A stretch of DNA of 64,000 nt from Sulfolobales archaeon. Lineage in GTDB: Archaea > Thermoproteota > Thermoprotei_A > Sulfolobales > NBVN01. The stretch spans positions 27,242 through 91,241 of the forward strand of contig JAWBTQ010000005.1 in NCBI GenBank assembly GCA_038841535.1, written 5' to 3'. The first letter of the stretch is position 1. The number at the start of each line of letters is the position of its first letter. A program made the translations under genes and the position numbers. The notes beneath the pieces were generated by a model. The model worked only from the letters and a program-made list of their open reading frames with translations. It made no database searches and was not told the origin of the DNA. Of this stretch, positions 40,865 through 51,284 are shown one piece after another.

Positions 40865-42478
40865 CTAAATTACTTCAGGCATGTACTTTTTAACTATTAG
40901 TTCTGGGCTTTTTCTTAAGATTCGTACTGCCTCCGGGAGCTCGCTTAGAATGCTGTCTGGTGTGACTCCATCTTCCCCCCACTTCTCAGCAGCTATATCT
41001 CCAGCAAGTCCGTGAACGAGGACACCCATCCTTGTAGCACCTCCAAGGTCTCTGATGCCTATGCCGTACATAGCTGCTATAGTTCCGGTTAGAACGTCAC
41101 CGCTACCTGCTTTCGCCATACCCGGGTTTCCGGTCATGTTTATGAATACGTACCCGTTCGGGTAGCCTATGAGGCTGTGAGCACCTTTAAGCACGATATA
41201 GGAGTCCAGCTCTGCTGAAACCTTTCTTAGTGCTCCAACTGGGTCCTCACCGACTTCAGTCATACCCATACCGGATAAGCGTACAAACTCTGCCAAGTGC
41301 GGAGTTATAACAGTCGGTGCTTTCCTAGACTTCACTACTTCTAACTTACTAGAAACAGCCGTTATTCCATCACCATCTATAATAACAGGCTTATTCACAC
41401 TTCTCACTACTTCTCTTATGAATTCCTGCGTCTCAGGGTTCAAGGATGCTCCGGAGCCGATAGCAACTACGTCTATATCGAACTTCTCGATCAGGCTGAG
41501 AACGTGCTCCGCGTTTTTAAGCGAGATACTTCCCTCATCCGTTTCCTCGAGTGGTATGTAAACGACTTCACTACATCTAGCTGCTATGTAGGGTATTACG
41601 GACTTAGGTGCGGCAAGCCTAGAGTAACCTCCTCCTGCTTTGAGGAAGGAGTATGATACGTAGTAGGGAGCTCCGTAGTAGTATCTAGCACCACCTATTG
41701 CTAAGAGCTTACCGAAGGTGCCCTTATGACCCCACTTGATTCTCTCCGGTAGTGGGATAGGAGTGTTGAGTTCAACTTTTATCTCTTCTGAGAACAAGAG
41801 GTCGGGAGGATACGATAGAGTCGATACGTAGAGCTTCCCGCAGTAATGATAGCCTGGGTACAAGATGTTACCTATTTTCGGTAGCCCAAATGTGACAGTA
41901 TAGCTAGACCTAACTGCTACACCACATACCTTACCGTTATCGCCATCAATGCCGGAGGGTATGTCTACACTCACGATTTTCTTGCCGCTTCTGTTAAGGA
42001 CCTCTATAACGTCTCTATAGACTCCTCTAACCTCGCCTTTCAGACCAATCCCAACGAGACCTACGATTAAAACGTCGAACTTTGGTATTCTAACTTCAAG
42101 TTCATGGAGCTCACTCGGCTCTCTAATATAAAATAAGGGTAACCCTATCTTAAGAACAGTTTCGTAGTTACGTCTTGCTGGTTCGGGGTACTTAACGGGG
42201 TCACCGACCACAAACACTTCAACCTCGGCACCACAAGAGTAGAGCCTTCTAGCTGCTACTAGTGCGTCACCACCATTATTACCTACACCGGCAACAACAC
42301 CGACACGTAACCCAGAGCATCCAAACTCCCTAACGATTAGGGAGTATAGAGAAGAACCGGCGTCCTCCATGAGAAGCGCGTCGCTAATTCCATAAACGTT
42401 TGTGGCTCTATGGTCAATCTCCTTCATTTCTCTCGTATAGCAAACCTTCATTCTATACCTAATAAAGCCTGAAGCCAC
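40865..42478 (-). CDS. nnr: Bifunctional NAD(P)HX epimerase/dehydratase
   Basis: LMEDAG, GNNGGD, VDIPSG, HKGTFG, IDGDG, TPHLAEF and AGSGDVLTG motifs. Confidence 0.95.
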   Translation of the reverse strand: MASGFIRYRMKVCYTREMKEIDHRATNVYGISDALLMEDAGSSLYSLIVREFGCSGLRVGVVAGVGNNGGDALVAARRLYSCGAEVEVFVVGDPVKYPEPARRNYETVLKIGLPLFYIREPSELHELEVRIPKFDVLIVGLVGIGLKGEVRGVYRDVIEVLNRSGKKIVSVDIPSGIDGDNGKVCGVAVRSSYTVTFGLPKIGNILYPGYHYCGKLYVSTLSYPPDLLFSEEIKVELNTPIPLPERIKWGHKGTFGKLLAIGGARYYYGAPYYVSYSFLKAGGGYSRLAAPKSVIPYIAARCSEVVYIPLEETDEGSISLKNAEHVLSLIEKFDIDVVAIGSGASLNPETQEFIREVVRSVNKPVIIDGDGITAVSSKLEVVKSRKAPTVITPHLAEFVRLSGMGMTEVGEDPVGALRKVSAELDSYIVLKGAHSLIGYPNGYVFINMTGNPGMAKAGSGDVLTGTIAAMYGIGIRDLGGATRMGVLVHGLAGDIAAEKWGEDGVTPDSILSELPEAVRILRKSPELIVKKYMPEVI

Positions 42479-42602
42479 CTAATACACCACTATAATAATA
42501 AATTACGTCCATATTTCTACCTACCTTACGACAGTTTCTGTTAAAAGGCTTATCAGTTTACCGATCTCCTTTTAACCTGGGGACCAAGGCATCTAGACCC
42601 AA

Positions 42603-42990
42603 CCACTTCCACCTCGAAGTTTCTTCGGATTTTCTTGTGTGGTCAAGCCACTGCTAGCGACACACCGCAGCTACTAATAACTCGCACGGGGGTTATGAGC
42701 GATCTCTCGGTGGATGGCTGCTCACAGGCTCTCATTTTCTTTCGCATTCAGCCTCCCAGCCATCTACCTCTCAACGGCTCTTTCCTCCCCCGCCCCGCCT
42801 GCGGGAGTGTGTCTCCAGCGGTTGCCCGTGGTTCACCCAGCTCCCTGCGGCGAAGCAGAGTGCACGAGAGTTCCCCTCGCCATGTTCACCGAGCTCATCC
42901 CTACTTCAATATTACCGTCTACGTAAATGCTTACAAGCCTTGAGCGAAACAAAGCACATAAACAGCTAGAACAAAAAAGAACACCCCCAC
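42603..42990 (-). mobile_element. Non-autonomous element E5 with structured GC-rich RNA-like body
   Basis: Minus strand: T-rich left part, AAGGCTTGTAAG box, nested stems, TAGATGG at 42766, end AGAAAATCCGAAGAAACTTCGAGGTGGAAGTGG (24/33 identical to the E3 end by hand alignment). Confidence 0.5.
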
Positions 42991-43180
42991 GCACTCCTCC
43001 GTTAATTCTCCAAGTAGCGCTAGTGTCGACCGTTAGCGCAGTGTGGGGAGGGTACACTCATAACTAACTCAAAGATACCTCGGGACTCCAATAATCTTAC
43101 AATTTTATTACATAGTAAAGCAGCTATAAAACTCTGTACGGGATCTTAGTGACGTTTCACTACCTCATTCTTAGAGCAAC

Positions 43181-43813
43181 TTAGATAAAGCCTAAGCCTC
43201 TTAAACCGCTTAGGATTAGTTCAATAGCTATCGAGGCTATGATTATAGACATGAACTTTCCTAAACCTTGGAGCACTGATTTACCGAGGTATTTAAACGC
43301 TCTATACGAATACCTTAACACTAGGTAGGTTAGAGCAAACGCTATGACGGCTCCAAGAAGGGTGAGTACTGGACCGTAAACTCTAGAGTAAACTATTAAC
43401 GTACTCATAGTCCCGGGACCAACTATCAAGGGTGTCGCTATAGGTACTACAGCGAAATCCCCTTTCCTCACTTCCTCGACTTTCTCTTTTGCTAGAAGCA
43501 TATCTACAGCTATGACTATTAGTAGCAATCCTCCAGCTATCCTCAGAGACTCTAGACTGATGTTAAATAATCTTAGAACGTACTCGCCAACCATTGAGAA
43601 TAGAGCCAAAAGCAAAAGAATTGCGAAAGCAGCTTTGTTAACGATCTTAACCACTATATCCTCCAGGTTAGCATCCTGCGAGTACAGACTCCCCCCTACA
43701 TAGGAGATGAGTGTAGGAATAGCTGCCGGAGGGTCCATGATGGCGAATATGGATACAGCAATAGTCACAACTTCGGATAGCCTAGTTGAAAAATCCAGTG
43801 CGGGGTCAACCAA
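43181..43813 (-). CDS. MarC family membrane protein
   Basis: IFAIMDP, SLRIAGGLLL and VPIATPLIVGPGTMS motifs. Confidence 0.92.
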   Translation of the reverse strand: MVDPALDFSTRLSEVVTIAVSIFAIMDPPAAIPTLISYVGGSLYSQDANLEDIVVKIVNKAAFAILLLLALFSMVGEYVLRLFNISLESLRIAGGLLLIVIAVDMLLAKEKVEEVRKGDFAVVPIATPLIVGPGTMSTLIVYSRVYGPVLTLLGAVIAFALTYLVLRYSYRAFKYLGKSVLQGLGKFMSIIIASIAIELILSGLRGLGFI

Positions 43814-43825
43814 CAGATGCCCACC

Positions 43826-45322
43826 TTAACTAATCTCAGACTCGGAAGGAATGTACGTAATAGTGATTCCCTGAACCTTAGTCGACCACCACCTCAAGTA
43901 GTCCTGTATACTCCGCCTCTCTGAGGGTGAAACAACTATTCTCTTTCTTGCCCAATCCACTTCTTCTAATCCCACAAGCCCCGAGCCCTTGCTTGCTGCT
44001 AGCCTTATTAGAGCATCAAGCTCTGCTAGTGAGTACCAGTGAGTATTACTGACTAAGTAATCAACTACCTTATCGCTCACTAACTTGACCTTGTACTTAC
44101 TAATGTTTCTTAAAGCAGCCTTTCTTCTCATATCTTTATCTGGGTAGCCCACAACTATGGTTACGTCTACTCTACCAGGCCTGAGCAAGGCTGGGTCTAG
44201 GAGGTCTGGGTTATTGCCCGTAAGTATAGTGAAAGGTCTGTCTACCTTCTGAAGATGGTAGAGTATTGTTGAGAGCTCACTCAGGTGGGCCTCGTGAATG
44301 GTGTATTTCCTAGACGAAAGAAACTCTGCGTCATCAATTACTATGGCCACTTCCTTTCTCCTCTTATAGACCTGGTTAAGTATGGCGTTTAGCATCTTCT
44401 CAGTAGCACCGTACCACATAGACCTATACGTAAACGGCTTAAGCTCAACAACTCTCAAACCTAGAGCATTAGCTAGGGCTTCAGCCATTACTGACTTCCC
44501 AACACCTGGAGGACCAGTGATAAACGCTCCCTTAGCGGCAAACGGAAGGCCGCTCTTAAACGGATTAACTACCACTAGCTTCAGTTCATCTATTATTTTT
44601 GGCGGTAGATCCTCAAGAGACCATTCGGGACTCCTAACCGGGATTTTAACCTCCCGGTATTCGTTGCCATCACTAACAACGGCCCTAATCTCTTCAACAC
44701 TTACGGCCCTACTCTGAACAACTATAAGTGCTATGGGTTTGTATCCAAGAAACCCGAGGTTCTTAACTACGTCAATATAGTCCCTTCTATACGTGCTAAC
44801 AGACTCCTCGAGAGATCTCTGGGCTTCCCTAATGAACGTCTTTAGAGACCCGATGGCCTTTCGGGTGTTATGTACGTAACCACCTGTCACTACTACCGCC
44901 ATAGGCTTAGCGCTCACATTTACTGGCATGTTTCGGCTGAACGTAAGTGAGCACGAAACCAGACTCTCCGGGTTAAACGATTTATAAGTTGCTACTAGAA
45001 CCGCAGCAAATTCACCAGTTTGACTAACACCATCTACAAGCTCAGCCACAATGTTCATTGCCATCAAGAGATTTGCGTGTGCTAAGGTTCCAGGACTCAG
45101 CTTCTTGTTGTATTCGATCCTCAGGGCTAACCCAGAGTTTCTTTCTTGCGAATCAAGCATGAGCTCATATATGTCCGACGAGTACTTAGCGAGAATAGAG
45201 AGAAGCCTGTAAGCCCTGTAATTTTCGTTCACGTCGTAGTATGAAGCAAAGATGGTCCTTACTTTGTAAAGATTGCTCCACAATAGTCTGACGTCAACAG
45301 CATCCCCCAATCTCTCTCCCAC
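43826..45322 (-). CDS. AAA+ ATPase with uncharacterised N-terminal domain
   Basis: Walker A GPPGVGKS, pore loop SMWYGATE, Walker B IVIDDAE and SRH LDPALLRPGRVD. Confidence 0.88.
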   Translation of the reverse strand: MGERLGDAVDVRLLWSNLYKVRTIFASYYDVNENYRAYRLLSILAKYSSDIYELMLDSQERNSGLALRIEYNKKLSPGTLAHANLLMAMNIVAELVDGVSQTGEFAAVLVATYKSFNPESLVSCSLTFSRNMPVNVSAKPMAVVVTGGYVHNTRKAIGSLKTFIREAQRSLEESVSTYRRDYIDVVKNLGFLGYKPIALIVVQSRAVSVEEIRAVVSDGNEYREVKIPVRSPEWSLEDLPPKIIDELKLVVVNPFKSGLPFAAKGAFITGPPGVGKSVMAEALANALGLRVVELKPFTYRSMWYGATEKMLNAILNQVYKRRKEVAIVIDDAEFLSSRKYTIHEAHLSELSTILYHLQKVDRPFTILTGNNPDLLDPALLRPGRVDVTIVVGYPDKDMRRKAALRNISKYKVKLVSDKVVDYLVSNTHWYSLAELDALIRLAASKGSGLVGLEEVDWARKRIVVSPSERRSIQDYLRWWSTKVQGITITYIPSESEIS

Positions 45323-45477
45323 ACTCCACTTAGTGAAGGGCTATAACATTAATAAGCTCGAGCATGACTAACACCATAGACTGGGCTTTCGTATTTGAAA
45401 AATGTTGCTTTGTTGTCCGTTGAAAAAGCTAGAGTTGATGATGTGAAGTAACTTATATTCGGTTCCTGTATAGTAAT

Positions 45478-45807
45478 ATGGGGGATATTATGGAAGTATC
45501 CGTGCTTGAGGTGGTTTCAGACGTAAAAGTTATAGCAGCAGTTCTAATTCAGTTCCTACTCGGTTTAGGGCTAGGCTATGTTTCAGTGAAAGCTCTCAAG
45601 TACATCATAGCCTTTATAGCCCTTTTAGTACTGGGCTCTTTCTTGTCGGTATGGTCACTAGGAGGATCAGTTGATGCGACACTGGGATACTTAGGGACTT
45701 TAGCCAATAGCGTTAAGAACTTGTTGTTCGTACTAGGACTCATAACCGTTGGTCCTGTGTCAGTAGGCTTCATAGTTGGAGCTTTAATAGCTCTACTCAA
45801 AAAGTGA
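45478..45807 (+). CDS. Small membrane protein
   Basis: Three hydrophobic segments; QFLLGLGLGYVSVKALKY. Confidence 0.75.
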   Translation: MGDIMEVSVLEVVSDVKVIAAVLIQFLLGLGLGYVSVKALKYIIAFIALLVLGSFLSVWSLGGSVDATLGYLGTLANSVKNLLFVLGLITVGPVSVGFIVGALIALLKK

Positions 45808-45930
45808 GAAATAGCTAAAGTAGCCTACTTAAAGCATAGTAGTATCCGTTTTCATGAAACTCTAGGATGCATACTAGAAAGAGAATCAAATGAAAATATA
45901 TCCTGTGTTAGTTAAGTATTGTGGTGAACC

Positions 45931-46566
45931 ATGAAGGTAGTAGTGATCGGAGTTACCGATTACACGGCAGGTCTAGTACGGGAGCTCGTTGAGCGGGGAC
46001 ACCAGGTAGCCGTATTCGATGATATAAAGGAAGGAGTCGAGAAACTCGAAGCTGAATTAGACATAACAGGAGCCGTCGTCGACCTTCTCAACTTCGATGG
46101 ACTAGAGGAATTCGGCTTCTCGAAAGCCGACGTATTGATTCTAGCTCATCGAGAAGACGCTGTAAACATAGTGCTAAGTATGTATGCTAAGATGATCAAC
46201 ATACCTAAAATACTTGTTGTTTCCAAAAGTAAGCGGATTGCGGAGGTTCTATATAAGCTGGGATTAGCTTCTAGTGTTATAACGGTAGGTGATGTAATAG
46301 AGAAGAAGCTTCTATCAGCTCTAAGTGGTGCGGAATTGATTGAATTACCGGGGAACTACGTAGTAGCGTCTCTTGATACTAGAGCTATAGGCCACCTCGT
46401 TGGAATGACTGTAGCAGATTTCCGTGAGAGGTGGAGGCTTACGGTACTTAAATTAATTGATAGAGAGGGTTCTCTTAAAGAACCTGTAGATGACTACGTG
46501 ATCAAAGAGGGAGACGCTCTCATCGTGCTTGGCGAGATGTTTAGAATTGAGGAACTACTACCGTAG
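45931..46566 (+). CDS. TrkA/RCK-domain potassium transport regulator
   Basis: MKVVVIG Rossmann-like start, ADVLIL..DAVN and C-terminal RCK_C (IKEGDALIVLG). Confidence 0.82.
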   Translation: MKVVVIGVTDYTAGLVRELVERGHQVAVFDDIKEGVEKLEAELDITGAVVDLLNFDGLEEFGFSKADVLILAHREDAVNIVLSMYAKMINIPKILVVSKSKRIAEVLYKLGLASSVITVGDVIEKKLLSALSGAELIELPGNYVVASLDTRAIGHLVGMTVADFRERWRLTVLKLIDREGSLKEPVDDYVIKEGDALIVLGEMFRIEELLP

Positions 46567-46604
46567 CTTTTATTATGCTTAATTAGTATTGGGGTGTTAG
46601 CAGC

Positions 46605-47408
46605 TTGCCTGATGGTATCGCAGAAATACTGACTAACTGGTTACCAGTTCTCTACCTAGCTATATCTCTCGCTCTAATATATCTCGCTTACTATACAGCA
46701 AAGATATCGCTGGCCAAACTCAGGCTGAGGGGTATAATAAGTAGGAAGTTCGAGGAAACAGCTAAGCTTATAGCACTCGCTATCACTGCTGTCATAGTTC
46801 TGCCAGCAGCTATTTCAGCACTAGTTCCACACCCGCTCGTCCCCACGGTATCTCTAGCTGTATCGTTGATTGTGATAGCAGTAGTCCTTTTCTCGATCAT
46901 AGGATATGTAGCTAACTCTCTATCCTACTTAATAGTAGCTCTCACATCTACTGTAAGAGATGGTGAATACGTTAGGATCCTGGTTGACGGGAGAGAGTAT
47001 GAGGGAAGAGTACTGCTAGTCGAGGGCAACTACATGGTGTTAAGAACGGAGCCGGGAGCGTCAGTAATGATTCCTTACAGCCGGCTGCTTAGATCAGTGA
47101 TCATAAAGCTATCTCAACTGCCTCTAGTCCTCAGGATCAAGGTGGTTAAACCTGGGGGCAACATAGATGAAGTAGTCGAAAAAGTAGCTAATGCCGTGAG
47201 AAAGTCTAGGTTAGTGAATAAGACCAGCGTCTCAGTTAAACCTATTGAGGCTAGTGAAGATGGAGTAGTGCTGATAGCGGAAGCAGAAGCAGTCAATCCT
47301 AGGAACATAAACGACTGCTTCGAAGATCTAGTCAAGATCTTAATGAAGGAGCTGCCGTACAAGGTGTCGATCGAGGTAGTAAGTAGTAGAGGTATTCAAA
47401 CGCACTAA
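46605..47408 (+). CDS. MscS-family mechanosensitive channel
   Basis: Three TM helices followed by VRDGEYVRI...EGRV...VMIPYSRL. Confidence 0.75.
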   Translation: MPDGIAEILTNWLPVLYLAISLALIYLAYYTAKISLAKLRLRGIISRKFEETAKLIALAITAVIVLPAAISALVPHPLVPTVSLAVSLIVIAVVLFSIIGYVANSLSYLIVALTSTVRDGEYVRILVDGREYEGRVLLVEGNYMVLRTEPGASVMIPYSRLLRSVIIKLSQLPLVLRIKVVKPGGNIDEVVEKVANAVRKSRLVNKTSVSVKPIEASEDGVVLIAEAEAVNPRNINDCFEDLVKILMKELPYKVSIEVVSSRGIQTH

Positions 47409-47444
47409 TAGGAAATAGCCGGAACAAAATACAGTAAAGTACCT

Positions 47445-49367
47445 TCAAATTCTTTCGACTGCGTCTATCCCTAAAAGCTTGAAGGAGTTCTCGACCACTG
47501 TCTTAGTCCCGTAGACTAGTGCGAGCTTGAGGTTTCTTAGTTCTTCATCTGGCTCCGCTATCACTGGGTCTGTATCGTACCATGAATTAAATACTTCTGC
47601 GAGCCTGTTTAAGTACGACACTAAGTCCTCAGGAGTTAGTTCTATAACTACTCTTCTAAAGACTTCCGGAAATCTAGCTATCAGTAGAGCTAGCTCTCTC
47701 CTCTTCCCCACCAAACCTCCCTTACTGACTCTAGTGTAATCTAGTTCCCTCCCGTACTTACTCAAGATACCGTTAGCTCTAGCGAGTGTATACTGAAGGT
47801 ACGTAGCCGTACCTGACTTAACTTCTACAGCTTGCTCGGGGTCGAAGACCAGGGTTTTCCTCGGGGACACGGAGAGCATGACGTACTTTAGTGCCGACCT
47901 AGCGATCTTAAGCGCTAAGTCTTCGGACAAGCTCACACCACGGCTTTCAGCCAACTCTCGGGTTTTCGCTAACAATAGATCTAGAACTTCATCAACAGTT
48001 ACGTACCTTGCCCTCCTCCCACTCATCGAAAGACCTTTAACGTTTACTATCTCATACGCGTAGTGAACTAAGGACCGAGCCTCACGTACGTACCCTAGAG
48101 CGTAGAGGGCCAGCCTTAGCTGCGCTTGTGGCAGGGTCTGTTCAATAGCTATTACGTTGTACACTACGTCAGCCCCCGATTCTGAGAACTTCTTTATTGC
48201 GTACGCTATGTCTCTAGTGGTATAGAGAGTGGTTCCATCGGATCTAGCTAGGATTAGTGGCGGTATTTCGAGGTTCTCAGGTATAGCTAGAGCCTTCCTC
48301 ACTTCGGGGTCTCTAGCGAGCTTGTCTATGTTTAAAGCTGGAGCGTTTTTATAGTAGGTGAAGGAGTCCGAGCTTCGGGCTTTATTCACTACCTCACTAA
48401 CCAGCCCAGACCTAACTAGCTCGCTTTCGTAATCCCACTTATCGAAGTAAATCCCGAGCTTCTCTAGGGTTTCCCGTATTCCGGAGATCACTCTGTTGAC
48501 TGCTTCCCTATGCAAACTCACTAAAGAGGGGTCACCTAGCTCAAGTGCCTGCGCTATACTTCTCACTTCTTGCTCTACGTCTTCAGATGGCTCAGCGGAC
48601 TTCAGCAGCTTGTCTACAAGCTCAGGCGCCTTCCTCTTTATTCTCAGGAGATCTCCCACAAGTGAGTCTAACTCCCTCTTGACTTCAAGCGCTTCCTGTT
48701 CTGAAACACTTGCCACTCTCTTCTTTAGTTTAGTTATGTCTGAGATTATAGAGGTGGCAGCATATAGAAGCCCCAGAAAGTGGTCGTCCTTCATCGATGG
48801 GGGACACTTAGACATCCCGACCTTAGCGTACCCATACACTAAGTAAGCCACTTGAAGCCCTAAGTCATTAACGTAGTACCTTCTCTCGACGTAGTCTCCC
48901 GAAAGTTCGTGTGCTCTCGCAATAAAGTCTCCTAGTACTGCGTTCCTTCCAGATCCTATGTGAAGCGGGTGAACGGGGTTAGCAGACACGAACTCCACGA
49001 CAACACGTGAAGCTCTCTCTTTCCTAGATATACCGTACATGTTACCGCACTTCGATAGAGCTTCAATCAATTTCTTGACTAAGTAACTGCCATTGACCCA
49101 GACGTTTAAGTAGCTGCCAACGCACTGAACTCTCTCCACGCACTCGCTCCCCGAGCTTTCCATAAATCTAGCTACTTCACTGCACTTCTCTACTAGCTGT
49201 CTCGAAAGCCTTGGTAAGGGCAGAGCTATATCTCCAAAGTCAGGTCTAGGTGGTTCCTGGAGAAGGTCCACTATTCTACCGGGTCCCGCTTCTAGACCTA
49301 GTATCGATGTCGCTCGCGATATGGATATCGCAACACATTCCTTTAGTTCGGTGTAAGGGTAACACAC
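47445..49367 (-). CDS. argS: Arginine-tRNA ligase
   Basis: VEFVSANPVHPLHIGSGRN, YYVNDLGLQ, RSDGTTLYTTRDIAY, MSGRR and YLQYTLARA motifs. Confidence 0.97.
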   Translation of the reverse strand: MCYPYTELKECVAISISRATSILGLEAGPGRIVDLLQEPPRPDFGDIALPLPRLSRQLVEKCSEVARFMESSGSECVERVQCVGSYLNVWVNGSYLVKKLIEALSKCGNMYGISRKERASRVVVEFVSANPVHPLHIGSGRNAVLGDFIARAHELSGDYVERRYYVNDLGLQVAYLVYGYAKVGMSKCPPSMKDDHFLGLLYAATSIISDITKLKKRVASVSEQEALEVKRELDSLVGDLLRIKRKAPELVDKLLKSAEPSEDVEQEVRSIAQALELGDPSLVSLHREAVNRVISGIRETLEKLGIYFDKWDYESELVRSGLVSEVVNKARSSDSFTYYKNAPALNIDKLARDPEVRKALAIPENLEIPPLILARSDGTTLYTTRDIAYAIKKFSESGADVVYNVIAIEQTLPQAQLRLALYALGYVREARSLVHYAYEIVNVKGLSMSGRRARYVTVDEVLDLLLAKTRELAESRGVSLSEDLALKIARSALKYVMLSVSPRKTLVFDPEQAVEVKSGTATYLQYTLARANGILSKYGRELDYTRVSKGGLVGKRRELALLIARFPEVFRRVVIELTPEDLVSYLNRLAEVFNSWYDTDPVIAEPDEELRNLKLALVYGTKTVVENSFKLLGIDAVERI

Positions 49368-49640
49368 TCCTTAATACCTCAATCTCTATCGCTACTTACT
49401 AACATAAAAGTTAGTGAAGCCGCGATCTCTCTCGACTAGCGATAAAACTAAGTGGTCTTGAGCCAGCCTATCGTAACTAAACCTAATGCCACAGGTACCT
49501 AAACGTGGTTTACATTAATCTATGTCTAAGCGGCATAGCGATAGCAAGGAAGTCGAGTAACCTCCAATACGGTAAGCAACCCTTCAGGGTTTGGTGCCTG
49601 ATTAACGCAGGTAAGACTTTAGGGGGGCAATAATGCTGTA

Positions 49641-51284
49641 CTAGAAGTGTAAGTCTGTTTTAGCCAAGAACACTGCTAGAGGCTTGGAGAGGAATTTTAT
49701 GAGGAAGCATGAGGTCCCCACCGAAACAGATGCCGCTACGGAGGTAGTCCAGTACGTCAAGATCCCCAAATCAACAAGTTCGGCTATTAGGGCTGTAACC
49801 GCAGCAGTGATTAGACCTGAGCCCATCACTAGTGCTAAAAGTAGCTGCTTCACTGGGTCTAAAGCGGGTGTTATCCCTTGCCTATAAATGTCTTCGGAAG
49901 GCCCGCGGTACCTGGCTCTTTTAGCGAGTACTAGAGATAAGCATATAGTGGTGAAGACAGATAAGACGATAGCTGGGGAAGCTACGATTGGTGCGAGCAT
50001 AATCAGTGGATTGAGCTTATACGATGCTAGAAAGCCGGTTATAGCCGATGAAACCGCAAAGTATACGATCACGAACTTGATCAATAGCGGTTTAACGAAA
50101 TGGTCTAGATCTATGAGGTACACTTTGATAACCCAGAGATACTTAAGGTCGTTTGAGAGAAGTTCTCCGACGAAGCCTCCCAAGACCGTAGGGGCTAACA
50201 AATAAGCCAATACAGCCATGTAGTCGAAAATACCCGCACTTAGTAGACGGGGTCCGTAGCTGGAGAGAACATATCGAAGGACGTAACCTACTGTAATTAG
50301 TGATAGAAGTAGCGGTAGGTATCTTCTTAAAACCGCACGCGGGTTGTACACAGTGAACTCGAGGACTACCTTCCTCACAGCAGTAGCTGTAGAAGGCCAG
50401 TCTGTAAGAACACCTCTTTTTAGCGACTTACTGAGGGCTTGCCTTAGTCTTACTTCGTATGCTTCTCCTGAAGTAGTGAAGTCGCTTATGTTCAGACTTC
50501 CACCGACCGTGTAGATGACAAGCAGTGCGGTGGATACAGCTGACGCCATGAGGATCAAGATGCCTGCGTAACCTACTGACTCACACAGTGCTAAAGCAAG
50601 AATGTAGGGTCCTTTAACTGGGTAAGTCAGTAGTGGTGAGATTCTCGGCCAACCATCTAAGATGGTTGTCACAGCGGAGTGAACTATCCCGGTCGCAATA
50701 TAAGCTATAGCTAAGCTAAGCACTGTACTGGAGTGTCCAGATCTGCGAGCAATACTGGATGCGGTAAAGAGGGCTGGATCAGCGAGCATCATGTAGGCGA
50801 AGAAGTAAAACACTGTGAACCCTAACCAGGGAACTGTATATACCAACGCAATAAACCACCAAGGTAAGAAGGTGACCATGAAGTAAGCGTAGAGCCCGAT
50901 TACTATACCCGCGTAAAGCTCCTTTGGTTGGAGCGGCTGATACAGGAGGAACTCAAAGTCGGGGGTTACAGCAACAAGTCTCTCCTGCTTGAAGTAGTGA
51001 GTGAGCAAGTAGGTTGTGAGTAACGCCGAGAGAATGTCTCCCGCAAGACTCAGTAGCTCACCCTCGGGTGGTCGAAGACTTAGCCAATTTTCTGCTAGAT
51101 TGCCTAGTCTTCCACGCACTGCGAGTGTGAAGTTTATTACTAGTAGCAGCGCGATAGCACACTGCGCTACTAGTAATAAAAAGCTCGGGCTTCTGTGGGG
51201 TTTTCTAGGTTCATGCGCCCTCCACAGAGATTTTAACTGGTTAACGAATACTACTCTAGCTACCCATAGTGTCTTCCTCAACAC
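49641..51284 (-). CDS. ABC exporter permease
   Basis: Many TM segments, DFEFLLYQPL motif; overlaps the ATPase gene. Confidence 0.75.
   Translation of the reverse strand: MLRKTLWVARVVFVNQLKSLWRAHEPRKPHRSPSFLLLVAQCAIALLLVINFTLAVRGRLGNLAENWLSLRPPEGELLSLAGDILSALLTTYLLTHYFKQERLVAVTPDFEFLLYQPLQPKELYAGIVIGLYAYFMVTFLPWWFIALVYTVPWLGFTVFYFFAYMMLADPALFTASSIARRSGHSSTVLSLAIAYIATGIVHSAVTTILDGWPRISPLLTYPVKGPYILALALCESVGYAGILILMASAVSTALLVIYTVGGSLNISDFTTSGEAYEVRLRQALSKSLKRGVLTDWPSTATAVRKVVLEFTVYNPRAVLRRYLPLLLSLITVGYVLRYVLSSYGPRLLSAGIFDYMAVLAYLLAPTVLGGFVGELLSNDLKYLWVIKVYLIDLDHFVKPLLIKFVIVYFAVSSAITGFLASYKLNPLIMLAPIVASPAIVLSVFTTICLSLVLAKRARYRGPSEDIYRQGITPALDPVKQLLLALVMGSGLITAAVTALIAELVDLGILTYWTTSVAASVSVGTSCFLIKFLSKPLAVFLAKTDLHF

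Noticed and set aside
42690-42905. RNase P or SRP RNA
   Set aside because: GAGGAAAG and GAGCAGC occur, but there is no P4 partner (ACAGAA...) and no GGAA-capped helix 8.
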